A stretch of DNA of 64,000 bases, from assembly GCA_963805625.1 (NCBI GenBank), contig CAWDVE010000019.1:160001-224000 (forward strand), in the 5' to 3' direction. The position numbers and the translations under genes are program-made. Positions within the stretch are counted from its first letter, which is position 1, and every line of letters begins with the position of its first letter. The notes below the pieces were generated by a model, which searched no databases, was not told where the DNA came from, and was given only the letters and a program-made list of their open reading frames with translations. Of this stretch, positions 31,248 through 42,391 are shown in pieces. Origin of the DNA: an uncultured Candidatus Rokubacteria bacterium. Its GTDB lineage: Bacteria > Methylomirabilota > Methylomirabilia > Rokubacteriales > DASRDR01.

Positions 31248-32078
31248 TCAGAAGGGCTTGTCGCCCTGGATCGTGACCCGCAGACCGCGGCGCCGGTTCG
31301 GGTAGTAGTCCCAGAGCGCGTGGTGCTGCACCTGGCGGTTGTCCCAGAACGCGATCGAGCCCGGCTGCCACTGAAACCGGCAGTGGAACTCCGGGGTCTC
31401 GATGTGGCGATAGAGCATCTCCAGCACGGCGTCGCTCTCGAGCTTCGAGAGCTGCACGATGCGCGAGGTGAAGAGGCGGTTGACGAAGAGCGTCTTGCGG
31501 CCGCTCACGGGGTGCGTCCGGATGACGGGATGCTCGGCCTTCGGATAGGCCTTGTCGACCGGGCTCGCGTTCTCGTAGCGGCCACGGTACACATGCTCCC
31601 CGTCGTGGATGGCGGTCAGGCCCTCGAGGAACCGCTGCATGGGCGCCGAGAGCGCGTCGTAGGCGGCGCCCATGCTGGCGAACAACGTGTCGCCGCCGAC
31701 CGGCGGCACCTCGAGCATGTAGAGGATCGTCCCCATGGGCGGCTCCGGATCGCACGAAACATCCGAGTGCCAGTCCTCGCCCGCGATCCGCTTCGATTTC
31801 TCGTCGGCGAAGATCACCATGATCTCGGGGTGCCCGTCGAGCAGCATCGGGTAAGCGGGGTGGATGTGCAGCGCGCCGAAGCGCCGGGCGAATGTGGTGT
31901 GCTGCTCCGGCGTGATGGTCTGGTCGCGGAAGAAGATGACGCCGTGTTCAATCAGGGCCTGGTGGATCGCGGTGAACGTGGCCTCGGGCAGATCCTGGGA
32001 CAGGTCCGCCCCGCGGATCGTCGCCCCGCAGTGCGGCGTCGTCCTGCTGACCTCGATCGGCGTGCCACTCATGCTCAC
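31248..32078 (-). CDS. TauD/TfdA family Fe(II)/2-oxoglutarate dioxygenase
   Basis: WHSDVS, GGDTLFAS, HPVIRTHP, WDNRQVQHHA. Confidence 0.93.
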   Translation of the reverse strand: MSMSGTPIEVSRTTPHCGATIRGADLSQDLPEATFTAIHQALIEHGVIFFRDQTITPEQHTTFARRFGALHIHPAYPMLLDGHPEIMVIFADEKSKRIAGEDWHSDVSCDPEPPMGTILYMLEVPPVGGDTLFASMGAAYDALSAPMQRFLEGLTAIHDGEHVYRGRYENASPVDKAYPKAEHPVIRTHPVSGRKTLFVNRLFTSRIVQLSKLESDAVLEMLYRHIETPEFHCRFQWQPGSIAFWDNRQVQHHALWDYYPNRRRGLRVTIQGDKPF

Positions 32079-32129
32079 GCTCCCCCCTTCGCCAGTGGGC
32101 CAACGGGATAGCAGGGGTGCCGGACCCGC

Positions 32130-32648
32130 CTAGAAGGGTAACCCCTTCAGCCCCTGCACGCCCTTGAGCGCGGCGATCTCCCCGTTGTGCTCGGCGACGT
32201 GCCAGACGACGATGTTGCCCAGGACGAATGCGACGGTCTGCTCGCCGACGAAGCCCGTGTCGACCTTCCGCTCGAGGTCGGCCGGCCCGAGGCTCGACAC
32301 GTAGGCGTCGGTGGCGGCGTAGACCGCCTTGGCGTACTCCCGGAAGGACGGGAGGTGCATCCTGACCGTCCGGCCCCACGCGGGATCGAACATGGGGCTC
32401 GCCGGCATGGCGACGTTCAGCCGCGAGGCCCAGCCGTGGGACTGGTACACGAGCGGCTTCTTCTGGAGCATGCCCTGGATGATTCCGTCCTCGCTGAACA
32501 TGATGTGCGCGTAGATGGAGCCGACGTTCGTGATGGTGGCGTTGGGGAGGTTTCGGTCCAGCGTGTCCTGCGCGCAGTCCGCGACGGTCTGCTCGAGGAT
32601 GTCGTGATAACCGGCGAGTTGCTGCCTGAGGAGACTCTGAGGGGTCAT
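32130..32648 (-). CDS. DinB family protein
   Basis: SIYAHI and WHVAEHNGEIAALKG. Confidence 0.82.
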   Translation of the reverse strand: MTPQSLLRQQLAGYHDILEQTVADCAQDTLDRNLPNATITNVGSIYAHIMFSEDGIIQGMLQKKPLVYQSHGWASRLNVAMPASPMFDPAWGRTVRMHLPSFREYAKAVYAATDAYVSSLGPADLERKVDTGFVGEQTVAFVLGNIVVWHVAEHNGEIAALKGVQGLKGLPF

Positions 32649-32749
32649 CGACGTTCCTTTCTCGATGTTGATCAGATGATCGCGCTCTCAGTACACACGA
32701 GGCGGGAGGAACCGTCAATCGTCTCGTGTCACTCCTACCGGAGACGGGT

Positions 32750-32908
32750 GCTCCCTTCGCGGCGGGGCGCTTGCGAGCGGCGGCCGCGAAGCGGTACAAG
32801 AGGGTGGAGAGCGTGACGGCCGTGATCTGGAAGACGATGGGCAACGTGGAGCGGACGTGCCGATGGCTCGACGTGCCCGAGCGGCTGGCACGGCGGCGGA
32901 GGGCGTGA
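32750..32908 (+). mobile_element. degenerate C-terminal fragment of an IS256-family transposase
   Basis: PFAAGRLRAAAAKRYKRVESVTAVIWKTM..VERTCRWLDVPE resembles the IS256 C-terminus (recognised from memory); no other IS parts seen. Confidence 0.55.
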
Positions 32909-32916
32909 CGGGCATC

Positions 32917-35900
32917 ATGCGCTGTAGCGGGTGCGGCTTCGAGGCACCCGCCGACTTCGCGTTCTGCCCCAAGTGTGGAACGCGGCTCGCCGCCGCTCCC
33001 GCGCCGCCGTCTCGGCCCGCCCCGCCGCCCGAGTCCGAGGGCGACCGCCGTCCGGTCACCGTGCTTTTCGCAGACCTGGCCGGGTTCACCACGCTCAGCG
33101 AAGAACTCGACCCCGAGGACGTGCGCGCCATCCAGAGCGATCTCTTCCGCGAGATGTCCGGGGCGATCGAGCGCTACGAGGGCTTCGTCGAGAAGTTCGT
33201 GGGTGACGCGGTCATGGCGATCTTCGGCGCCCCGCGTGCGCACGAGGACGATCCCGAGCGCGGGCTGCGCGCCGCCCTCATGATGCGCGAGCGGATGGGC
33301 GCGCTCAGTCTCCGCTGGGAGGGACGGGTGGGGCGGCCGCTCGCGCTGCACATCGGGGTCAACACCGGCCCGGTCGTGACGGGCCGGATCGGCGCGGCCG
33401 CCGACGCCGCCTACGCGGTGACCGGTGACACCGTCAACACCGCCTCTCGCCTGCAGAGCGCTGCGCCGCCGGGTGAAATCCTGGTCAGCGACGCGACCTA
33501 TCAGCTCACTCATCACGCGTTCGCGTTCGCCTCGCGCCAGGAGGTCCCGCTCAAGGGCAAGAGCGAGCCAGTGGGGGTCCATCGCCTGCTGGGCCCGCTG
33601 ACGGTCCCGCGCTCGGCCCGCGGCCTCGAGGGCCTCGGGCTGGCCGCGCCCCTGGTGGGGCGCGAGCGCGAGCTTCGCCGGATGGAAACGGTCTTCGACG
33701 ACATGCGAGCGGGGCGCGGCCAGGTGCTGAGCCTCATCGGCGAGCCCGGAGCGGGGAAGTCGCGGCTGCAGCGGGAGATTCTCGCGCGCCTCGATGCGAC
33801 CGGGCGCCTCGAGGGTGTCACGATCCGGCGCGCGGTGTGCTCGGCGCTGGGCGAGCAGACCTACGGGGCGGTTGCCGCGCTCCTGCGCGACGCCTACGGG
33901 GTGGAGCAGGGCGATTCCGTCGAGGTTGCGCGGAGCAAGCTCGTCGCGGGCCTGGTGACGCTCGGGGTCGACGTGGCGGATCGCTCGGCGATCGTGGCCG
34001 CGCTCGCCCGGGTGTTCGGGCTCGAGCGCGATGAGGCGCGCATGCGCCACCTGGAGCCCGAGCAGGTCAAGCGCCAGATCTTCATGGCCACCCGCGCCCT
34101 GTTGGAGCGGCGGCTCGCCGCCGGCCCGCTGGTGCTGGTGGTCGAGGATCTGCACTGGGCCGACGCCGCCTCCATCGAGCTCCTAGGCGCGGTTGCGGAC
34201 CAGCTTGCCGACCGCCCGCTCCTGCTCCTCCTGATGTATCGGCCGACGCTCGATCCGGACACGCTGGGGACGGGCCGAGCCCCGCACACCGCGATCGAGG
34301 TCACGCCGCTGTCGCGGTCCGGTAGCGAGGACCTCCTGGCCGCGTGGTTCGGTGACTCGACCCATCTCTTTCCGGAGCACCTGCGGGCCCAGATCCTGGA
34401 GCGGACCGGCGGCAACCCCCTGTACCTCGAGGAGGTGGTGCGCGCCCTGATCGCGGCGGGGGTGCTGGTCCGCGCTGGCGCGGTGTGGCGCTGCACTGCC
34501 GGAGGCCTCGACTGCGCAGGTGCCCTCCACCCTCCACGGGCTGCTGCTCGCGCGTCTGGACCGGCTCGACGCCGCCGAGCGACGGGTCATCCAGGAAGCG
34601 GCGGTGATCGGGCCCCGCTTCGAGGTTGCCGCTGCTGAAGGCGGTCTCGGCCGAGCCCGGTGCGGTGGACGCGGCGCTCGACGTGCTCGCCGGAGCCGAT
34701 CTGGTGACGCCGGGGCCGGATCACCGGTTCCGCCACGGGCTCCTCCAGGAGATCGTGTACCAGAACATCCTCGTGGCCCGTCGCACCGAGTTGCACACGC
34801 GCGTGGGCACGGCCCTCGAGGCCCAGGGCGGGGCAGCGACGAGAGTCTCGATCGGCTGGTGGCCCTCGGCCACCACTTCGCCCTCAGCGCCGACAAGCGC
34901 CGGGGCGCGGTTACCTGATCGCGGCCGGCGACTGGGCGCGCGGCCTGTACGCCAACGCGGACGCGATCCAGCACTACCAGCGGGCTCTCGATGCCCTCGA
35001 GCGCTGCGATGCGGTCGAGACGGAGCGGCTGGCGGCTCGGGAGCGCATGGCCGACCTGCTCGGCCCGACCGGGCGACGGGCGGCGGCGCTGGGTGAGTAC
35101 GAGATCGTGGAGGCCGGGTACCGCGCGGCGCGGGATGCGCCGGCCCAGGCGCGGATCCTTCGCAAGATGGGGGGTCTCCACTGGGACGCCGGCGCACGGG
35201 CACGGGCGCTCCAGTGCTTCGAGGCGGGACTCGCTCTGCTCGGCGACCATCGAGAGCACATCGAGCAGGCGCACCTCTACCAGGAGATGGGCCGGCTGGC
35301 CTTCCGAAGCGGCGACAGCCAGCGGGCCGTCGAATGGGCGGAGCAGGCGCGGCTCCACGCCGAGCGGATCGCCGCCGCCCCCGTGCTCGACGCGGACGGG
35401 CGCGGGGAAGCGGTGACCGCCGTGGCGCAGAGCCACAACACACTCGGCGTCGCCTGGGCCCGCCTGGGCCGGCTCGAGGAGGCGGTCGCGCACATCGAGC
35501 GCAGCGTGGCCCTCGCCCAGGAGAATGGGCTGCTGCAGGCCGCCTGTCGCGGGCTCGCCAACCTGAGCGTGCTCTACAGCACGCTCGATCCGGGTCGGGC
35601 GATCGAGACCTGTGCGGCCGGCCTCGAGACGGCCAAGAAGATCGGCGACCTCGGCTTCCAGTCGCGCCTGTACGCGAACCTCGCGGTGGCCTACTGCGCA
35701 CTCACCAACCGCTGCGACGAGCAGGGTATCGGTGCGGCACACGCCGCGATCGATCTCGATCGGCGCCTCGGGCAGCTCGATCACCTGGCGGTGCCGCTCA
35801 TCGTGCTCGGGCAGATCTACCAGTGTCACGGCGATCCGGCCCGGGCGATCGCGCACTACCAGGAGGCGCTCGCGCTCGCGGAGGCGGCCGGCGAGCCGCA

Positions 35901-36054
35901 GCTCCTGTTTCCCTGCTACGATGGGCTCGCGACCGTCCACCTGGACCTGGGCGACGAAGGTCGGGCGGAAGAGTTCATGCAGAAGGCCCAGGCGGTCTGC
36001 GAGCGGGCCGGGCTCGAGCCCGACGCGCTCGTGGTGCTGCCGTTCTTGGATTGA
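32917..36054 (+). CDS. class III adenylate/guanylate cyclase with zinc ribbon, AAA ATPase and TPR domains (frameshifts at about 34500-34910)
   Basis: CSGC..CPKC, VLFADLAGFT, KFVGDAVMAIFG, GDTVNTASRL, GEPGAGKSRL, EDLHWAD, TPR region 35047-36054. Confidence 0.88.
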
Positions 36055-36078
36055 CTCGAGAAAAGGGAGACACTCGTC

Positions 36079-36738
36079 ATGGCGTTCCTGCGCCCGGGTG
36101 ATCCGGCTCCCCACTTCGCGCTGCCCGCCGTCAATCGAGAGGGCCAGGTCTCGCTCGACGACTATCGCGGTCGCAGTCCGATCCTGCTGGGCCTGTTCCG
36201 CGGCCTGCACTGACCCTTCTGCCGGCGCCAGCTCGTGCAGCTGGGCACCACGCAGGAGAAGCTCAAGGCGGTGGGTGTGGAGACGGTGGCGGTGGTCAAC
36301 ACCCCGCTGGAGCGCGCGCGGCTCTACTTCAAGTACCGCCCCGCGCGCGTGCTGCTGCGGCGGACCCGGAGGCGGCGACGCACCGGGCGTTTGGGGTGCC
36401 CGCCGGCGTGATCGTCGAGGACGAATCGGCGACCTCGTGGCCCCAGAGCGCTACGATGGGCCAGCTGCTGGCGGCGGAGATCAATCCCACCGGGGAGCTG
36501 CCGGCGCCTCAGAACCCCTTCGCGGCGATGGAGACCCTGAACAAGCAAGACGGGTTCGAGCCGACCGAGACCGACCACCAGATCGCGGCCGCGCACGGCA
36601 CCCAGCTGGCCGGGCACTTCCTCATCGACCGCGAGGGGATCATCGAGGTGGGGGCAGATCGAGGCCGGCGAGCGGATCGGCGACCTCGGCAAGTTCCCGA
36701 GCGACGAGGAGATCCTGCGCGCGGCCCGCGGTCTGTAG
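36079..36738 (+). CDS. AhpC/TSA (redoxin) family selenoprotein, Sec at codon 45 (later frameshifts near 36360 and 36650)
   Basis: MAFLRPGDPAPHFALP..LDDYRG..LFRGLH-[TGA 36211]-PFCRRQL; UxxC occupies the CxxC site and the frame continues past the TGA. Confidence 0.8.
36228..36244 (+). promoter_or_regulatory. putative bacterial SECIS hairpin
   Basis: CCAGCT-cgtgc-AGCTGG; the loop starts 20 nt after the UGA and has G at its second position. Confidence 0.6.
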
Positions 36739-36814
36739 GCCCGGTCGGACAGCTGGTCGAGGCGCCCGGTGTCCCGGACGAGGCCGACGTCGTCGGACAC
36801 GGCCGGTCCTGGCC

Positions 36815-37228
36815 CTACTTCTTGTCGAGCCCCATGTCGCGAAAGCGGTCGACCGCCTCGCTGGGAGCGAAGTCGTCGAGCTCGAACAGCTGGCGCACCT
36901 CGATCTCGGCGTCCTTGCCCTCGCCGGCGAGGTTGGGAAAGCGCTTGGTCCACTCGATCGCCTCTTCCCGCGACTTCGCCTTGATCAGGGTGTAGCCGGC
37001 GAGGAGCTCCTTCGTCTCCGCGAAGGGCCCGTCGGTGAGGGTGCGCCTCCCGCCGGAGTACTTGATGCGCCAGCCCTTCGACGTGGGCTGTAGGCCGGAG
37101 GCGTCGAGGAGCATGCCCGCCTTCGCCAGCTCCTCGTGGTACTGCGCCATCTCGCCGATGAGCTTCTCCTCGGGCATGACACCGGCCTCCGAGTCCCTGG
37201 AGGCCTTGACCATGATCAGGAATCGCAT
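36815..37228 (-). CDS. YciI family (DGPF) protein
   Basis: MRFLIMVKA, GLQPTSKG, DGPFAETKELLAGY, IEVRQLFE. Confidence 0.9.
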   Translation of the reverse strand: MRFLIMVKASRDSEAGVMPEEKLIGEMAQYHEELAKAGMLLDASGLQPTSKGWRIKYSGGRRTLTDGPFAETKELLAGYTLIKAKSREEAIEWTKRFPNLAGEGKDAEIEVRQLFELDDFAPSEAVDRFRDMGLDKK

Positions 37229-37503
37229 CGTCCTATCTCCTCGTCGTGTCAGGTTCGGAGCCGCGTGACCGCGCGGCCGGGCGAAACGGCTCCTCGCCCC
37301 GTAGTCGTCCGGGAGCGCGCAGATCGACATTCGGCCGGCCCGCCTCACACCATGCTACTTGAGGGCAATCATAGCCGGGGCGGCTGCTGACGCTCGGGCT
37401 GGCCCTGTTCCTGGAGAACGCGGCCCTCGCCGCCTTCCGGGCGGACCCGCGAAGCCTCCAGCTCGGCTACCGGCTACCGCCGCTCCTACTCGGCGAGGCG
37501 GTC

Positions 37504-37860
37504 GTGAACGTGCCTCGCCTGATCGCGTTCGCGGCGTCCATCGCCCTCGCGGTCCTTCTCTGGCTCTTCCTCCGGTACACGGACACGGGCAAGGCCATCC
37601 GGGCCGCCGCGGAGGAGCGCGAGGGCGCCCTCCTGATGGGCATCGACGTCCGCCGGCTCGACTCGCTTGCCTTCGGGCTGGGAGCGGTGCTGGTCGCGGT
37701 GGCCGGGAGCCTCGTCACGCCCTTCCTCTACGTCGCGCCCGACGTCGGGGACGTGTTCAACATCCTGGCGTTCGTGATCGTGGTTCTGGGCGGGATGGGG
37801 AGCTTTCTCGGGGCGCTCCTGGGTGGGTTCGTGGTCGGGCTCGCGGAGTCGCTACCTCGG
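37504..37860 (+). pseudogene. branched-chain amino acid ABC permease (LivH type), internal fragment
   Basis: TDTGKAIRAAAE..ALLMGIDV, AFVIVVLGGMGSFLGALLGG; both ends missing. Confidence 0.7.
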
Positions 37861-37999
37861 CCTCTGACCGGCCTCGCCGTCCCCCGGCGAGCATCGGTCG
37901 CGCGTGCCCGAGGGAGCCTTGTCTCGCCCGCTGGCCTTCGGCTATGGTGAGGTCGGCCATCGGCAGGTTCACGGATGTGAGCCCAAAGGGGGAGCTCGG

Positions 38000-39227
38000 A
38001 TGCGAACGGCATTGATCGGCGGTGTGCTCATCGACGGCTCAGGCGGCCCGCCCCTGCGCGACGCCACCCTCGTCATCGAGGGCAGCAAGATCGCCGACGT
38101 GGGCCACCAACGCGCGTTCGGCCCGGAGGTGCGGGTTGTGGATCTGGGCGGCCGCACGGTCATGCCGGGGCTGATCGATTGCCACATCCACTTCGCCCAC
38201 TGGGGCATGAACCTGATCGCGTACCAGGGGCAGAGCCTGATGCTCCTGGCGGCCGAGACGATCGCCGCGCTGCGGACCACCCTCGAGGCTGGCTGCACGA
38301 CCGCGCGAGACCTCGGCGGGCTCGACGCCGGGTTCCGCGAGGCGGTGGCCGGGGCCTCGTCCCGGGACCTCGCCTGCACTGCAGCCTGGTCATCGTTTCG
38401 CCGACGAACGGGATCGTCGACGCCACGACCCCGCAGGGGCTCGCGTCGCCGGTCGTCCCCGGCATGCCCCGGCCGGAATGCGACGGTCCCTACGGCGCCC
38501 GTGCGAAGGTGCGCGAGGTGCTACGGCAGGGCGCGGACGTGATCAAGATCGCGACCAGCGGCGGCGTCAGCTCCGCAAAGCTTCACCCGAAGCGCCCGAT
38601 CTTCACGGCTGAGGAGGTCGAGGCGATCGTCGACGAGGCCCACATGGCCGGCGTGCCCGTGTGCTGCCACGCGCTCGGCGGCCGGGGATCCTGACGGCGG
38701 TCAGGGCCGGTGTCGACACCATCGAGCACGGTGGCTGGCTCGACGACGAGTGCATCGAGGAGATGGTGCGGCGCGGCACCTGGTACGTGCCCACCTTCGC
38801 GGTCTACCGGTGGCACGGCACGCTCGGCCCGTCGTTCAAGCAGGAGCGGGCCCGGGCGATGCACGAGCACCACGTGCAGAGCTTCGGTCGGGCGCTGCGG
38901 GCGGGCGTGCGGATCGCCATGGGCACCGACGCGGGCGGCTACGGGTACGGCGACAACGGGCTCGAGCTTGCCCTCATGGTCGAGGGGGGCATGACCCCGG
39001 CCCAGGCCATCGAGGTCAGCACCCGGCGGTCGGCGGAGTGCATGGGAATCGCCGACGAGGTGGGCACGCTGGCCCGCGGCAAGGAAGCCGATCTCATCGT
39101 CATCGACGCGGATCCCCTCGGGGACATCGGCGTGTTGCGCGAGGCGAAGCACCGGGCGCTCGTCATGAAGGGCGGAGGGCCCGTCACGGGGCCCCTGGCG
39201 GCCGCGCTCACCCCGGCCGCGCGCTAG
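38000..39227 (+). CDS. metal-dependent amidohydrolase (Xaa-Pro dipeptidase-like; frameshifts)
   Basis: PGLIDCHIH, TTARDLGG, GADVIKIATSGGV, DTIEHG, MGTDAG, GKEADL. Confidence 0.85.
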
Positions 39228-39250
39228 GACGGCAACGCGGGGCGAAGCCG

Positions 39251-40057
39251 TCAGAACAGGCGGCTGAAGCCCACCACGCGATCGACAACCAGGACGACCG
39301 CGACCGTGAAGACGACCAGGACGGTTGACACGGCCGCCACCAGCGGGTCGCTGTTATACTCGATGTACTGAAAGATCCGGACCGGCAGGGTCATCATGCG
39401 CGGCCCGGCCAGGAACAGGGTCACGACCACCTCGTCGAACGAGGTGATGAACGCGAACACCGCCCCCGCCAGCACGCTGCCCTTGATCAGCGGCAAGGTC
39501 ACGGTCAGGAAGGCGGTCACGCGGCCGGCCCCGAGGCTGCGAGCCGCCTCCTCGATCGATCGATCGAATGCCTGTAGCCCGGACGACACGATCAGGACCA
39601 CGAACGGCAGCACGAGGACGATGTGTGCGGCCAGCAGGCTCACGAAGGAGCCGCCCAGGCCCACGCGGCTGTAGTAGATCAGCATCGCGATCCCGGCGAC
39701 GATCCCCGGCACGGTCAGCGGCGAGGTGAGGAGTCCGCGCGCTGTGCCCGCTCCCCGGAAACACCGGGCGGTCAGCGCCAGCGCCGCCAGGAGGCCGACG
39801 ACGGTGGCGATGGCGGTCGCCACCGCGCCGAGCCGCAGGCTCAGGAGAAGCGAGTTGACGAAGTCGCGGCTCGCCAGGAACTCCCGATACCAGCGGAGCG
39901 ACAGCCCGCGCGGCGGAAAGGCCAGGTACGCGTCCCGGCTGAAGGACGCGACGATCACCACCAGGATCGGCGCCAGCAGAAACAGGCAGACGATCGCGTT
40001 GACGCTCCAGAGGGCGAGCCGCCTGATGGGGAGCGGCCGCCGGGGCCGCTCCGTCAT
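39251..40057 (-). CDS. ABC transporter permease (PotC type)
   Basis: FPPRGLSLRWY, IEEAARSLGA, FITSFDEV, TLPVRIF. Confidence 0.9.
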   Translation of the reverse strand: MTERPRRPLPIRRLALWSVNAIVCLFLLAPILVVIVASFSRDAYLAFPPRGLSLRWYREFLASRDFVNSLLLSLRLGAVATAIATVVGLLAALALTARCFRGAGTARGLLTSPLTVPGIVAGIAMLIYYSRVGLGGSFVSLLAAHIVLVLPFVVLIVSSGLQAFDRSIEEAARSLGAGRVTAFLTVTLPLIKGSVLAGAVFAFITSFDEVVVTLFLAGPRMMTLPVRIFQYIEYNSDPLVAAVSTVLVVFTVAVVLVVDRVVGFSRLF

Positions 40058-40090
40058 GCTCCGAGCCGATGTTGGGCCTGGGTGCCGCGC

Positions 40091-41024
40091 TCAGTCGTCG
40101 CACCGGATCACCGCACCCACGTGCGGGCGGCGGCGCTCGCCGGCCCGGGAGGATCGTCAGGCCGAGGACCAGCGCGATCAGGATGAACGAGCAGGCGGCG
40201 GCGAACGGCCAGTTCAGCACCGCCGTGGCCTGGTCGTACACGATCGTGGCCATGACCTTGGTGCGGGCGCCGCCGATCAACTTCGGCGTGGCGAAGGCGC
40301 TGACGCTGAGGACGAAGACGAGCAGCGAGCCCGCGGCGACCCCGGGCAGGCTCAGCGGCAGGATAACGTCGCGGAAGACGTGCCACGAGCTGCCGCCCAG
40401 GCTCCGGACCGAGTCCTCGAGGTCGGGGTCGATCTGCTGGATGACCCCGGACAGGGTCAGGACCATGAACGGCATCAGCACCTCAGTCAGCGCGATGACC
40501 GTGCCGGTGAAGTTGAACATGAGCTGCGTCCGGGGGAGCTGGAACGCGGCGAGCAGCGTGTTGGCCACCCCGTTGTTCGCGAGCAGGATCATCCATCCGT
40601 AGCTGCGCACGACCACGCTCGTCATCAGCGGGATCAGCACGATGACGGTGAGCAGCCCCTTCCACCGCGAGCGGCTCCGCGCCAGCGTGTACGCGAGCGG
40701 GTATGACAAGATGAGGGCCAGCACGGCCACTGCGGCGCCCATGAGCAGGGTGTCGACGAGGATGGATCGATAGAAGGCGTCGGAGACGAAGCGCCAGTAG
40801 TTGTCCAGGATGAGCGCGGGCTCCTGCCGTCCGCCCGGCAGGAAGCGATAGAAGCTGTACGCGAGCATGATCGCCAGGGGAGCGAAGAAGAACGGGACCA
40901 GCAAGAGGGCGCTCGGGAGCATCAGGACCGCCCACGGCAGCCACCGGCCCCGGCGCGATGGCCGCCGCCCCGACGCGGGCGCGATCACGCCGGTCGGATG
41001 ATCCGGCACGCGCTCGCCGGCCAT
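40091..41024 (-). CDS. ABC transporter permease (PotB type; frameshift near 3' end)
   Basis: LSYPLAY, SVVVRSYGW, LEDSVRSLGG, FATPKLIGG, NWPFAAA. Confidence 0.85.
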
Positions 41025-41063
41025 CCCAGCGCCACGCGGTCGTCCGCGCGAACCCGCCGCGGC

Positions 41064-41702
41064 CTACCTCGGTCTCTGAACCTGGCAGTCTGAGACTTCA
41101 GGCGCTCCGCACCCCTCCCGCAGCTTGGCGTCGAGGTTCGACAACGGCTCGTCGAGCAGCAGGAGCGAGGGTCGGATGACGATGGCCCGCGCGAGCGCGA
41201 CGCGCTGTTGCTGACCACCGCTCAGCTGGCGGGGGAATCGCTTCGCCAGGCCGGGCAGCTGGACCAGTCCCAGCGCTTCCTCGACCCGCCGGCGGCGCTC
41301 GGCCACGGGGACCCGGCGCATGCGGAGGCCGTAGGCGACGTTGTCCTCGACCGTCATGTGGGGGAACAGACCGTAGCTCTGGAAGACCATGCCGATGTCC
41401 CGTTTGTTGGGCGGGAGCCGGGTGACGTCCTCGGCCCCGATCCGGATCTCGCCGGCATCCGGCTCGACGAAGCCCGCAATCATGCGGAGCGTCGTGGTCT
41501 TGCCGCATCCGCTAGGGCCCAGCAGCGTGACGAACTCCCCGGCCCGGACCTCGACGGACACCGCGTCGACCGCGACGACGTCGTCGAATGTCTTGACGAC
41601 GTCGCGCAGCGTCAGCGCGGCGACTGCCGCGTCGGCGACGACGGCCACGGGCGCGAGGCTACGTCCGTGGGCCGGCGGCGGGGTGGAGGACCCCGCCGCC
41701 AT
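41064..41702 (-). pseudogene. ABC ATP-binding protein (PotA type), truncated after the D-loop
   Basis: [34 protein letters not shown], then unrelated sequence; H-loop and TOBE absent. Confidence 0.75.
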
Positions 41703-41717
41703 ACCCGGGGCCGGCGC

Positions 41718-42345
41718 TCACTTCGAGGTGATCTCGCGCTGCCACCGCTCCGTCCACTCCGACGTGAACTTCGCGATCTTCTCCCAGTCGGGGGTGAACG
41801 AGTTCTCCAGCGCCTTGCCGGTCGGCATGAGCTTCTGGACGTTGTCCGGGAGCTTCACGTTCTTGTTGGTCGGACCCAGCACGGCGTTGGCGTGGAAATT
41901 GGTCTGCTGGGCGGCGTCCAGCGCGAAGTTGACGTACTTCTCGGCCAGCGCCTTGTGCTTCGTTCCCTTGACTATCCCGATGCCATTGCCGAACAGCACC
42001 GTGCCATCCTGCGGGTAGGCGAGGCCGACCGGGGCGCCCTGGAGCACCTGGGTGCCCGCGCGGTCACTGGCCCATACCCCGATCCACGCGTCGCCGGTGT
42101 TCAGCATGGGGCCACGCTGGACGTGCTTCGCGAGGAGGTCGATGATGACTGCGTCCAGAAGCGCCCGAACGTCCCGCCGTAGTTGACGACGACCAGCTCC
42201 TCGCCCTTGAAGTCCTCCTGGGCTCCGGCCGGGGATGCCCCCCGAGAACGGCGACGAGCCCGGCGAGTAGCGCGACGAGCACGGCCACCCGCGTCCTCCC
42301 CGCTGCTGCCCTGATCCCACTGCGGCGACGTTCGTCCCAGCTCAT
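41718..42345 (-). pseudogene. ABC substrate-binding protein (PotD-like) with internal deletion
   Basis: Signal and ELVVVNYGGTFG N-terminus joined almost directly to the C-terminal half (YPQDG, KALAEKYVNFALD, WTERWQREI); only about 200 codons. Confidence 0.7.
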
Positions 42346-42391
42346 CGAGCGCTCTCCTCTCATGGCCGGCGACGTGCCCGGCCCCAGATCC

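Noticed and set aside
31248-32078. TauD as the CgnC-like tailoring partner of the M29-like peptidase
   Set aside because: It lies 14 kb away and looks like a canonical taurine/sulfonate dioxygenase.
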